Shown piece after piece: positions 23,551 to 35,155 of a stretch of DNA of 35,155 nucleotides. The position numbers and the translations under genes are program-made. This DNA is from Squatina squatina (Eukaryota), in assembly GCA_031763465.1 (NCBI GenBank), contig JARFOE010000100.1:3769614-3804768 (forward strand). The letters are read 5' to 3'. The notes beneath the pieces were generated by a model. That model saw only the letters and a program-made list of their open reading frames with translations. It did no database searches and had not been told where the DNA came from. Each line of letters opens with the position of its first letter. The stretch's first letter is position 1.

Positions 23551-23747
23551 GTTATGTTACAGTTATATAAAGCTCTGGTTAGACTCCATTTAGAGTACTG
23601 CATTCAGTTCTGGGCACCGCACCTTAGGAAGGACATACTGGCCTTTGAGGGGGTGCCGCACAGATTCACCAGAATGATACTGGGGCTAAAAGGATTAAAT
23701 TATGAGGACAGGTTACTCAGACATGTATTCACTTGAGTGTAGAAGAC
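23551..23747 (+). mobile_element. CR1 LINE ORF2 C-terminal fragment
   Basis: MLQLYKALVRLHLEYCIQFWAPHLRKDILAFEGVPHRFTRMILGLKGLNYEDRL matches the canonical CR1 motif LYKxLVRPHLEYCxQFWxP. Confidence 0.92.
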
Positions 23748-23750
23748 TAT

Positions 23751-23873
23751 GTCAGCCAGGGCTCAGTTGGAAGCACACATGCCTCTGAGTCAGAAGGTCC
23801 CACTCCAGAAACTTGAGCACAAAAACCTAGGTTGACACTCCAGTGCAGTACTAAGGGAGCGCTGCACTTTCAG
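23751..23873 (+). mobile_element. tRNA-derived head of Deu-type SINE, B-box region deleted
   Basis: ggctcagttgg A-box-like motif; gcctctgagtcagaagg^tcccactccag...cagtactaagggagcgctgcact aligns with 25344-25460. Confidence 0.8.
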
Positions 23874-24193
23874 NNNNNNNNNNNNNNNNNNNNNNNNNNN
23901 NNNNNNNNNNNNNNNNNNNNNNNNNNNNNNNNNNNNNNNNNNNNNNNNNNNNNNNNNNNNNNNNNNNNNNNNNNNNNNNNNNNNNNNNNNNNNNNNNNNN
24001 NNNNNNNNNNNNNNNNNNNNNNNNNNNNNNNNNNNNNNNNNNNNNNNNNNNNNNNNNNNNNNNNNNNNNNNNNNNNNNNNNNNNNNNNNNNNNNNNNNNN
24101 NNNNNNNNNNNNNNNNNNNNNNNNNNNNNNNNNNNNNNNNNNNNNNNNNNNNNNNNNNNNNNNNNNNNNNNNNNNNNNNNNNNNNNNNNNNNN

Positions 24194-24640
24194 TGCCAGT
24201 AGCTACAGCTGGATACACTTCCTGCACACATGGTCACCAGGGACACTGGAAGTGTCCCTGATTTCCCACATAGCCCAGGAGGAGCCTGCCACGGTTCTGA
24301 GCTCTCCTGCCATGAATTACCTTTAAATTACTCTAAATTGAATTAAATTAAAGACTACTAATTTCGCTAGGGCCTTATTTCACTCTCAACTCTCCTCCCC
24401 ACAATCTAAGGACCTTGTCTTTGTTTTAGCTTAAACTACTGAACTGTAAAAGTAGTTTACTTTGTCACTTGATCCTACTTACCAATCAGCTGCCTCCTCT
24501 GCTATGTGTCACTTTCTGAATCGTGACGTCACCTCCAACTCTGCCGCTGGTCTCAGTAAGGTGGGTAAGCTCGAGTTATTGCTTCGCCGTCTCTCGCGAT
24601 TCCTCACAGGTCCGCTGCCCCTCTCCTCTGCTGCCGACTG
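24194..24640 (-). mobile_element. 5' end of a CR1 LINE: 5' UTR plus ORF1 N-terminal zinc-finger region
   Basis: ATG at 24313 (minus) gives MAGELRTVAGSSWAMWEIRDTSSVPGDHVCRKCIQL*LLA, a decayed CxxC...CxxC knuckle. The upstream CpG-containing segment (24520-24640) is the presumed 5' UTR; its boundary is approximate. Confidence 0.75.
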
Positions 24641-25343
24641 TATTTCACTGACCTTACACAAAAGTGTTAATCATAAAATCAGGGTTTGTGAAAGTGTCAG
24701 GATATTTGATCCTTACTGATTCAAGTGTTGAAGTATACATTGTAGTATATACTGCTTGTCCACTGCTACTTTGTATCCAGACCCCTGACAGAAAAGGGAA
24801 AGCTGCATCCTCACTTATGCATTTGTGCTTGTATTTGACATTTGGATTTAAATTCAGAGTCTGAAGTCTAAATTCCTGAATATTCAAAGTCCTGAAGCAA
24901 TTCTCTGTGTAGCATGTAGAAAATATTGGTGTTCAACACTGTTGGAAGACAGAGTGGAAAAGTTGGACTGGAAAATAATCAGCCAAAACCCAGATTTCTA
25001 CATGAAATCCAATTTTCTGCTTGGCTGAAATGGAGGAGAGAATTTAGCAGTCCCTGGAGAATATCGCTGACTATTCTCAGAACATTAACTCAAGCAGTTC
25101 TGGAAATAAATTATCTAGTCCATACATGACTAAATTATGTGAAAAGATTACTGAATTACAAAAACGACCCCTTCTCCCATCACTTTGTTTTTGTGCTCAC
25201 TGAGGCAAGGGAACCCATTTTGTAATGGAATACCTTTCCGCTTTGGCTAACCAAGTACTCCCAGGTCAGGCATCATGATGGTTAGAGGCAGAGTGCAGGT
25301 CCCTCCACACTACCCTAATAACATGCTTTTACGCCAAAAAGAT

Positions 25344-25710
25344 GTTAGCCGGGGCTCCGTGGGTACCACTCTCGCTTCTCAGGCAGAAGGTTGTGAATTC
25401 AAGTCCCACTCCAGATGCTTCAGCACAACAATACAGTGCTGAGGGAGTGCTGCACTGCCGGAGGTNNNNNNNNNNAGGTCGATGTAAAAGATCCCAAGGC
25501 ACTATTTTGAAGAAGAGCAGGGGAGTTATCCCCAGTGTCCTGGCCAATATTTAGCCTTCAATCATTATCACAATGCTGTTTGCGGGAGCTTGCTATGCGC
25601 AAATTGGCTGCTGCGTTTCCTACACTGCAACAGTGACTACGCTTCAAAAAGTACTTCATCGGGACGCCCTGAGATCATGAAAGGCGCTATATAAATGCAA
25701 ATCTTTCTTT
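25344..25710 (+). mobile_element. Near full-length Deu-type tRNA-derived SINE
   Basis: A-box-like ggctccgtgg, B-box-like gaattcaagtccc, central gatgtaaaagatcccaaggcact...gaagagcaggggagtt...gtgtcctggccaa (Deu-domain-like), tail aaggcgctatataaatgcaaatctttc. Confidence 0.88.
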
Positions 25711-25910
25711 TGATGACCTTTCATCAGAACTGGAAATTGTTACAGATTAGGGATGTTAGAGATCTCTAACTTTTTCCACTTCTGATGAAAGGTCATTGGC
25801 CTGAGACGTTGACTCTGTTTCTCTCTCCACAGATGCTGCCTGACCGGCTGACCGTTATCCAGCATTTTCTGTTTTTATTTCAGAATTCCAGCATCCGCAG
25901 TATTTTTGCT
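25711..25910 (+). mobile_element. Penelope-like terminal repeat in inverted arrangement with a degenerate hammerhead core
   Basis: 24-bp inverted repeat 25713-25736 / 25773-25796 with one mismatch; CTGATGA-a-AGGTC-att-GGCCT-GAGAC-GTT at 25782-25810; tail acagatgctgcctgacc...ccagcattttctgtttt shared with 5445-5560. Confidence 0.72.
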
Positions 25911-26277
25911 CTAGCTATAAAATGATAAGTCTGCATCCTGCAGATTCTTCAACTTGTGTAGTCTCCTCCGGCTGAACGCATGACGTGTCTGGGCTGAGTA
26001 GTGGCCCACTGCTTGTGTGTCAGTGAGACATTTCCAATTGTATTTCCCACACTATTGCAGCCTCTCAGAACAAGACTGCAATTGGTCCCAAACCATAAGC
26101 AGTTTGCGCTGCAATCCTCCGAATCTGACATGAAACTGCCCCAAAAACCATATGAGGACCTTCACAGCCAGCACACAAAGAGGTTACTTCCATCTAATCA
26201 GTCTGAGGTGAAAGGACAGCAAATTAATCCACTTTACATTCAGTCGTCCATGAAACCATTTATGTAGAGCTCAATCA

Positions 26278-26335
26278 GAGAAACATAGAAAATAGGTGCA
26301 GAAGGAGGCCATTCGGCCCGTCGAGCCTGCACCGC
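26278..26335 (-). mobile_element. CR1 LINE 3' tail, remainder in gap
   Basis: agaaacatagaaaataggtgcagaaggaggccattcggccc is the antisense of a CR1 tail ending in TTTCTATG-type octamers. Confidence 0.75.
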
Positions 26336-28534
26336 NNNNNNNNNNNNNNNNNNNNNNNNNNNNNNNNNNNNNNNNNNNNNNNNNNNNNNNNNNNNNNNNN
26401 NNNNNNNNNNNNNNNNNNNNNNNNNNNNNNNNNNNCTTCCACTTTAACCAAATGGGGAACTACAGTGGAGAGCACCTCCCCATTACGACTGCCTACCAGT
26501 AATCATGGATACTTTTAGCCTCAATAAGTCACAGAGCTGGAAATTTATACATAATCTGTGGGAATTTATTAAAAGGTAACGTTTTAGGAGCTGTGATTAA
26601 AAGTAACTTTGGATGAATAAATCATATAAATTAGAGACTATTGGATAAAATAAAAAATAATCTTATAGTTTGTGTGCTCACAATTGTATAAATAAAATGA
26701 ACAAGTGATCTTGATCCATCATTATATTGAGCAAGTAACATGCTGCTCAGCACAAATTCAAGCAGAATGATCTCCAGGTCCTAAAATGATTCAACGAGCA
26801 GCTTTTTTTTTGATTTATTTTGCAGTCACATTGCTAAAAAATGGTGACATTTAGTAGTCAATTTACTGCGGTACGCCATTGTACAGAGTGTGAGCTGTGC
26901 ATTTATCACATGTATATACCTCAAGTAAATGGGTAGGAATTTAAGGAGGACACTTAGGCACAGGTTGTATGCTTGATGTGGTTTACAATAGTCTTGATCT
27001 TTGTTTTTGATTGGATTATTTAAGTGGAACACAAAGGGCATTTAGAAGGCAACAAGTGAACACAATGCTTTCCTATTTACTTGCCGATCAAATGCCCAAA
27101 AGCAAGAAAGGCTTAATGTCAAAAGTAAATTAAAATGTCNNNNNNNNNNNNNNNNNNNNNNNNNNNNNNNNNNNNNNNNNNNNNNNNNNNNNNNNNNNNN
27201 NNNNNNNNNNNNNNNNNNNNNNNNNNNNNNNNNNNNNNNACTGTAATCTAATTGAAACTGCTTCTCCAGAGTATTTTCAGATGTAAATCAGTCAGCACTC
27301 GACATAGCCTTGGGCAGCACATAGAATTCTAGAAATGAATAATCTAGGGTTCATAAACTTTCGCTGAAAAATGCCTTTAGCGGTCTTCACAGATATAATG
27401 CAAAATGTCACAATTTCCATTTCTCCAATCAAATATATTTTATTTAACATTGAAATGCTATTTAATAGCGTGGGTAGGGGAAGGTTACTTGTAACTACAG
27501 CTGAGTAAATAATACAGTTTAGTCCGTGGACAGCCTTTGGAATATGTGAAGCATCCCAAGTCCCAGAAACACAAATTGTACAAAAAAGATCAATCTTACC
27601 TTTCCCAAACATGAAACACTGTAAAGGTTATTGATGAAACAGTCTTCAACACTTGGCAGTAGCCCCATGTACAGAGCATACTGTTACCTCAAAAGATATT
27701 TTTAGTATAGAACCATCATCTAGAACATTTTCTTTCATATCACAACACTCCAGAACTAAATACAACTACGTATAAATTACTATTAAACATTGACACTGCA
27801 CGTCATTATGTAGGACAGCCTTTCCTGAGATTACATTGTAAACCAACTGAACTTTGCCTAACTGACAGCATTNNNNNNNNNNACACTAGAACTAAGGCCG
27901 CAGTTATACTGCAGCTACTAGTCTTAGATCAGTATCTGTGAAGTGTGATGTGCAGTCAGCAGACTGGCATTATATTGCCCACTGTGCCTCACTGCAGCAA
28001 AATGCTACCCTTGTGCTTAGATTTATGCAGAGAGCTCTGCTCCCCAGGTGGCTAATTTTTAATGTTAAGAAAGAGAGGCTTTAAGGGTGGCCAATTCAGG
28101 TTTTTTAAAGTTTCTAGCGGTAAGTGCTGAATTTAGCCCTGNNNNNNNNNNTCAGTGAAGCCCCCAATTAGCCACTTTATAATTTGAGCATTCAAACACG
28201 CGTAAACTTTAGCATTAAAGGGCCCATAGTGAACTGACCTATTCATGCTGTGGATGCAAATTCCACAGTTTGCTTCCAACCTGAATTCCAGAGTTTACTT
28301 GCAACATGACAGACCACTTAAGAGGTCATTGACTTAAGTGCTTCTAACTTCTTTATAGGCCACTCAATAGGTTTCAGATGCATGCCTCTCTCATGCTCGC
28401 CTTTCCAGCCTGTTCATTCTGTGAGAGAGCTCCANNNNNNNNNNNNNNNNNNNNNNNNNNNNNNNNNNNNNNNNNNNNNNNNNNNNNNNNNNNNNNNNNN
28501 NNNNNNNNNNNNNNNNNNNNNNNNNNNNNNNNNN

Positions 28535-28846
28535 TTTTGAAATAAAAAAATCTTTTAAAATGTTTTAAAACATACTTATCTTAATAGGAATGGTTTAAAA
28601 TAACTGTACCGTTAATTTTTTTGATTTAATTTTTTTTTAAACTCTTATGCTGGTAAAACAAAGCATATGCGTAAAAAACTTCAACAGATTTCCAGTGCAA
28701 GTTTTGCAAAAATCTTGCAAAGCTCAGCATTGGAAATTAGTTTTCCTAAGCATTGGATCTGTCAAGAAAAATCTTGACAGATCGCAAATGCCGATTCTGC
28801 GGGTTTACACATTGTTCCCACGCGGGTGATCGCGATTTCAGGGCCA
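28535..28846. mobile_element. Right part of a Harbinger-like MITE with internal hairpins
   Basis: Ends atttcagggcca (compare aaatttcgggcca at 15901-15913); contains the perfect stem gatctgtcaaga-aaaa-tcttgacagatc at 28756-28783; locally CpG-rich. Confidence 0.45.
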
Positions 28847-30658
28847 ATATTTTACAAGTCTGCCTGTGTTAGGTCGAATGTTTCTGGCCGCCACAGTCAC
28901 TTCCAAAAGAAAATCGTTATTGGCTTTCTTATGGATGTGGCGTTACAAGTCCCTGCTCTATTTTTCACCTCTATGCACCCTGAACCTGCTTGAAAAACAG
29001 TTGGAAGAAAATCAGTATAATCCTATAAAGGAGTGAGCAGAGGGTAAGAGGGGGTACAGTGGCAGCTGGGGAGAAGGAAAAGAGCAAACATCTATACTTT
29101 CTTCTGACAGAAATCAGAGAAAGGGGAAAAGCAATTGTGGGGATTGCTGGGAGGAATCTATCAGCAGGCAATAGCATTGCTCATGTGGATACAAGCAAAG
29201 TCTATAGATAAATAAGATCATTTCTCAGGTCAACCATGAATATACTTACAGTGCAGTTCCTTTAATTAAAATTTACCAGCCCCACTTGTGACAGACAACA
29301 CATTTTCCTAGGGATCTATTTATCAATGTACCATGACAAGTGCTGCTTTATAGCTTTATTTTGTTCTTCAGCTGAAAAGCGCAGAGGTCATGCTATAGGT
29401 GTACAGCCAGAGTAGGTGACGTAAGTGGCCATTTATTATGTGCTAACAAGGAAAGTGCATCCTTCCCTCCAGTGTATTTTATGGTACTTGTCATTNNNNN
29501 NNNNNNNNNNNNNNNNNNNNNNNNNNNNNNNNNNNNNNNNNNNNNNNNNNNNNNNNNNNNNNNNNNNNNNNNNNNNNNNNNNNNNNNNNNNNNNNTGCCT
29601 CAATCATCAAGTAAAAATGAATGATTGGAAAGATTTCTTCATGCAGGGACAATGCAAGACATTAAACAGTTTCTCAGTCTCATTTTTCAGTATCTACATA
29701 AATCATGAAACATCTCAGCCACAAGTCAAACTTTGCAATATAAATTATACAGAGAAACAGCCGTCAATGTAAAATTAATTCATTTGAATAGGTGGATGTA
29801 CATGTTTTGCATGTAAAAGGCAAGCAGATGCTTATCAAGGTATTTTAACGAGTTTCAGTTACTGGATATTTGCTGTGTAATAGGCTTAATGCCCAGAAGT
29901 GTGTGAAGATTGCTTGGATGATACCAAGGCATAGGCTGAGAAATAAATGCGTTAGCTGGGCTTCGTAACTCTGTTACCAGAATACATAAAGTAACATAAA
30001 CAATCCACTACATGCCTACACATCAGTACCCTAATCCACCAATGGAATAGATTTAGCAGAATTAGAGTTTTAAGTGACTACAAGGCAGTAACATAGGGGG
30101 GAAAAATTCAACTCACAGCCACCTCCTTTCTCAATATAAAATCAGTGCTCCCTCCGACTTTTGTGTCGCGATCTGCCATGTCTAAAGCGTGCCAAATGTG
30201 CACCAGACGTTGTATTTATTGTCTTGAGCAAATCCTAGTCGTCCAGGGCATACACCTGCAACTGTTTTAACATTGCAAATCATGGTCCTACGTTGGTTGT
30301 ATCCATGTAAATCCACACACGGTGGTCATACTGTCCTCTAGTGATACAGTGGGACACAACTAAAGGAATGCAAACTTTGCCGATGGTTTCCCCCCGCCTC
30401 CTCTCTCCCCTCCCCTTGCTATCACTTGTCTTCCAAGGGGTGGATGAAGGTTCTGTCCCTTAAAAGAAAAGAAAAATCATAGAAATTATGGCGACCTGGA
30501 GCAACTGAGCCTCTGCAATTTTCTAGGGGAGATCAATGGAAGCTCTGAGGAAATGATACCTGGAAGCAGTTGTGTAGGATCCACCCACTTTACAGATTTT
30601 GCTTTAGAGATTTTATCGGAATATAAATAGAGGGGACCCTTTGGGACTGAAAGATAAT

Positions 30659-31456
30659 GGCCCAATATTCACGGGGAGGCGGGAGGGAGCAGGGGCGCCT
30701 GTCAGCAACAGGCAAACCCAGTCACGCAGAGGTCCTGCTGAATTTAACGGCAGGACCTCAGAAGATATTTTACTCCGTTTCCCACCCAGACTGAAGGCTG
30801 ACTGGCTGCCGGGCGGGAAAGGCTGCGGTGCAAGGCAGCAACTGGGGACCGCTGGGGGTGAGCCCTGGGAAGCAAAGAAGATTGCGAGTCATGGGGGTGG
30901 GACAGTCGGAAATGGAGGGGAAAATCGAGCGGGGCGCGGGGGGTCTAGAGGTTGTGGCAAGGGGAATCTGAGTAATCATGGGGAGGAATGAAGAGATCAC
31001 AGCGGGAGGATGATCTGAGTGATCCCGGGGGTTCAGGCAATCGCCAGGGGCCGGGAAAGGGAGTCTGAAAATCGTGGGACGAGTGAAAGAATGTGGCAGC
31101 TTTGCTTGAGGGTCCGGGAGGAAGCAGTCCTTCCCCTGGCCCACAAGCAATGCTATAAGGGCACTTATCTTTTCTCTGAAGCAGTCCTCACCTCTCTTTT
31201 AGCTGCCGGGTTTCCCGATCCCTGGGAAACCCGGCCAGCCAGGGTTAAACCTGGAAGACAGGTTAAATATGAGGCACATAACCACATTATAATATTTAAA
31301 TGAGTAAGCATCCTCCTGGGAGTGGGTTGGTTACTTGCCCCAATCCCCTCGCCATTGTAACCGGAAGCAGGCAGGTTGGGGTCGGGTTTGAGATATTAAA
31401 AATTTTAAAATCTCAGCCGACCCCAACACACCCGTTTTTGTGGTTAAAATTAAGTC
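30659..31456 (+). mobile_element. About 800-bp non-autonomous DNA element (Harbinger-like MITE), apparently complete
   Basis: GC/CpG-rich block in an AT-rich background. Starts ggcccaatattcac...gcggg and ends cccgttttt...ttaaaattaagtc (degenerate inverted termini). Its right half is homologous to 9969-10385. No coherent ORF. Confidence 0.65.
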
Positions 31457-34187
31457 AGCACCTCAGTCTGGTTATCAGCACTTACTATTTACTAAATTAA
31501 TGGAACTGAACATGAGAAATCAAAAAGATGTGATGTTATTGATATTTATTTTTAACTATTTTAGTTTTTATTTAAAAAGGTAGTCATAATGGGTGAGGGG
31601 AACCGCTCTTTCAACNNNNNNNNNNNNNNNNNNNNNNNNNNNNNNNNNNNNNNNNNNNNNNNNNNNNNNNNNNNNNNNNNNNNNNNNNNNNNNNNNNNNN
31701 NNNNNNNNNNNNNNNNNNNNNNNNNNNNNNNNNNNNNNNNNNNNNNNNNNNNNNNNNNNNNNNNNNNNNNNNNNNNNNNNNNNNNNNNNNNNNNNNNNNN
31801 NNNNNNNNNNNNNNNNNNNNNNNNNNNNNNNNNNNNNNNNNNNNNNNNNNNNNNNNNNNNNNNNNNNNNNNNNNNNNNNNNNNNNNNNNNNNNNNNNNNN
31901 NNNNNNNNNNNNNNNNNNNNNNNNNNNNNNNNNNNNNNNNNNNNNNNNNNNNNNNNNNNNNNNNNNNNNNNNNNGTTGTGCTGCATGTGGACTACAATAT
32001 TCTGGGGTGGAGTTAGTTTGGTTGAATCTAATTTCCCAACAAGAAATAGGGCAAAATATGAGCTGCTGTGTCAACCATATAAGAACCATATAACCATAAA
32101 TTGAGTCGGAGAATAGAGCAGAAAATCTGCTATTTTGTGGATATGACATTTAAATATATTGAAAATTTTAGTTAGCTTTAAGGGATAAAAATATTAGACC
32201 AGGCACAGAACTAATAACATACATATACAAAACTCAGACAAATGCCTTAACCAGCAAACTCTACCAATGACTATGTTTTTACCATTTTGAAGGATCATGA
32301 ATCATGTTCTGGAGCTCACTTACTAATTTTGCATCTATACATCATTTTCATGAAGATATTTGCATTTTACCACTAAATGAAATTCGCCCCATATTGCTTT
32401 ACCATCAAATCTGAATAACCATAACCTTATGATTCCTGTTCATCCAAAATCACTGAATCAAACTGCTAAGTTGCATTGTAAGATTGTAGTTGCATATATA
32501 AATAAAAATGCAAGATAGTAACAACAATCTGGTATAAGAAGACATCTTCAAAATGAACGGCACTCAGATGTGATCTTTACTGGGTCAACTATTTGAATTT
32601 CGTCCTTCTGAAAGGAATAAATGTGTTCATGGGACAGAACAGCTTTAAATCTTTAAATAATTATAATTTGATTTCTTCTACAATTACACCTTTTCCAGCA
32701 ATAAAAATATGGTACATATATTTCTTGTCATCGCACACTAAGGCAGCTGAAAACATTTGCATATTTATAGAAAATACTTGCATTCTTCTGCAGCAATAAC
32801 AAATTGCTTAGGTGGTAGCTGTTTGCTCACTTTATCTACAACTGATGCAATCTGCATAAATAAGTTTGTACCGGAATCCTGTTATAAATCATTACAGCCA
32901 GTTTCCAGCTATAAGAAGTTTTTTTTTGCATGAAGATGCATTTTTTAAAAGTTTCTTTTTATTGAAGTATTTTAAGCAAGGTCAGTAACAGAGACATAGC
33001 ACAAGCTCTTTATGAGTAGTCTGAGGACAATAACACGAGGCATTTCTGCAATACTGCCACTCACAAATTAAATAAGAGGATACTGGGAGGAATCTCCAGC
33101 CCAATTTGTGTCAGGGAAAGAGTATTTTGTACCTGTTTTGTGGAACTGTAATAAAATGTCTGCACCTGCAAAGTACCCAATAATGAGTGAGAACAGTGAT
33201 GTCCATGATATTTGCCACATTTGGCCAATTGGGAATCCAGATGTGGCTGATTACATTTTTGATTAGTAAATAAAGGATGAGTAATAGACACTTATGTAAT
33301 TTCAACACCCATATTCACAGGGTGTGTGCGTACGTACCTTAATCTTTTTGTGCGCTTGTGGGTAAAATGTTGAGGTGAAAAGCAAAGTGTGTAAGGGCNN
33401 NNNNNNNNNNNNNNNNNNNNNNNNNNNNNNNNNNNNNNNNNNNNNNNNNNNNNNNNNNNNNNNNNNNNNNNNNNNNNNNNNNNNNNNNNNNNNNNNNNCT
33501 CCTCCGTTCTACTCCTGAGCACAGGTTCAACTATTTAGGCCTGTAGTTGCCCAAGTCAGATTTGACATCCTTTTTAAATATAGGCACCTTATATCGAAGG
33601 ATAATAAAGCAGGCAAACTATTTGCTCCATGTACAAATTTCATACAATGCTTCCTATATTCCTCAAAATCTGTCCCATTGTGATCTTCAACCACACTATC
33701 TCTCTCACCACCCAGTTGTCCAAGTTTGTATTTCCAGCATTCAGAATATCTAGAACTCACTAAGCAAAGAAACTCAACAAGCTGGTTCACATTTACTTCA
33801 ATCAAGATTTTTTTCATTCTTGTTTTATTAGCTTGGCAGTAAAATCATTCAAATATTCATGTTATGAGCAGGGACACATTTGAGATCTTGATATTTTAGG
33901 CTTTAGTTTAGTGATATTAAATGCAATTTCTTTGGCTTGTACACACAGCCAACAGATTAGATTTTGATCTTGAACTTATACATAGATTATTTGCAAAAGC
34001 AGAAACCAGTTAAATTATATGACTTATATTGATGAACAGACCTTGAAGTGAATCATGCAAGGGATAATCTGACTATTATGCAGCAGANNNNNNNNNNNNN
34101 NNNNNNNNNNNNNNNNNNNNNNNNNNNNNNNNNNNNNNNNNNNNNNNNNNNNNNNNNNNNNNNNNNNNNNNNNNNNNNNNNNNNNNN

Positions 34188-34258
34188 GCAACTGGGGATG
34201 GGCAATAAATGCTGGCCTTGCCAGCAACGCCCACATTCCAGGAACCAATGAAAAAAAC
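34188..34258 (+). mobile_element. 3' tail of CR1-group LINE or its partner SINE with an A-rich end
   Basis: gcaactggggatgggcaataaatgctggccttgccagcaacgcccacattcc...aatgaaaaaaa. Confidence 0.8.
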
Positions 34259-34278
34259 CAAACAAATGCCGGTTAAAT

Positions 34279-34450
34279 CCAGATTTTCATCACCCTAAAC
34301 CGGGACAACCAGGCATCTGATATCCCGTTTTTTTGCACAGACCTGACTGTGCATGCACAGCCAGGTCTCCGTTGAGACTGCACATGCACAGTCAGGGCCC
34401 GTCGAGACTGTGCATGTGCAATCAGGTCTGTGCAAAAAAACGGGACATTT
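34279..34450. repeat. Palindromic element, probably a hAT-like MITE core
   Basis: Perfect 24-bp inverted arms at 34323-34346 and 34422-34445 enclose three GACTGYRCATGYRCA-type palindromic units. An AAAC(C)GGGACA motif occurs at 34297 and 34438. Confidence 0.7.
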
Positions 34451-35155
34451 GAGCCATTTTCATATTCATCACTTGGGAGATTAGAATTAAATATTTTTCT
34501 GCTTCCAGCTTTATCACAAAATCAATATTGCAATGGCTTTTCCCTTGCAACTCTAGTGACAGAGCTATCTGGTTGATGGCATTGTGAAAGTCTGATACGC
34601 CAGTTCTCAATGCCCACGGTCTTACATAAGGTAACTTTGGGTAGGAAAAGAGTCCAATGAGGCGAAGGTAATTAATGTCATCTGTACTATTTTTTGTGTT
34701 CATTTGATTGGATGCATTTAGTTACATCATTGTAAGTGACATTCCTCTCCAGAACTCAGTAACAATCATCATATAAACCTGTGTGTAGCTACAAGAAGTT
34801 CATACAGATTCTTGTTAAATATTGAAATGGTAACAAAGCCTAGCAGACTGTATCATGAAATTAAATAACATTTTGTGCTCTGGCACAATGAATCACATCA
34901 AACATCATGCTGGTATCGATGTTGCTGATTATAAAATTCTGTCCATGATTTCTTATGGTGAAATATTGCTGTAGTCTGAACTACTGAGTGAGTTAGTCAC
35001 TGGTCTCATTCCATGGCCTCAATTCAAGGCCATGCTACTGTCTATTCTGCTATCACATTACATAGGATACATTTTCTGATGTATTGTGTTCTGATAAGCC
35101 ACTGTTTGCCACTCTGAAGTGACAAGGTAGCTGATGGAAGAATGTGTGATTGAGT

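Noticed and set aside
25344-25415. tRNA-like sequence with A and B boxes
   Set aside because: It is the SINE head: no complete cloverleaf, and it continues into the SINE body.
30641-31303. GC-rich ORFs and CpG-island-like block
   Set aside because: Explained by the non-autonomous DNA element with a homologue at 9969-10385; the translations are low-complexity.
33527-33817. Minus-strand ORF with faint RT-like words (KLGQLGG, MKF)
   Set aside because: Too degenerate to assign without an alignment; possibly an ancient CR1 remnant.
2921-34187. Regularly recurring 100-N blocks and the long ORFs that cross them (e.g. 23790-24326, 31561-32149)
   Set aside because: These are assembly placeholders, mostly beside repeats. 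The ORFs are long only because N codons contain no stops. Not a biological periodicity or CRISPR-like array.

Overview
Eukaryotic, repeat-rich genomic DNA, most likely from a shark or other cartilaginous fish (inferred from the repeat families). It comes from a fragmented assembly with twenty 100-N gaps, six 10-N gaps, one 320-N gap and one 359-N gap. The only host protein-coding sequence I can support is one 187-bp internal exon of HSPA12B (atypical Hsp70) on the minus strand at 4545-4731, so the rest is probably intron of that gene. It contains tRNA-derived Deu-type SINEs, fragments of two CR1-group LINE families, an L2-like tail with a target-site duplication, Penelope-like fragments with degenerate hammerhead-ribozyme cores, hAT-like and PIF/Harbinger-like non-autonomous DNA elements, and a decayed three-exon Harbinger-type Myb/SANT gene present in two divergent copies (13180-15694). 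Nearly all ORFs in the supplied track are spurious or read through N gaps. I found no convincing new biological system. The best leads are the spliced Myb/SANT relic with a possible transposase remnant, the hammerhead-bearing inverted repeat, several perfect hairpins and a candidate intronic promoter/enhancer. Family names come from recalled consensus motifs, not from database searches.
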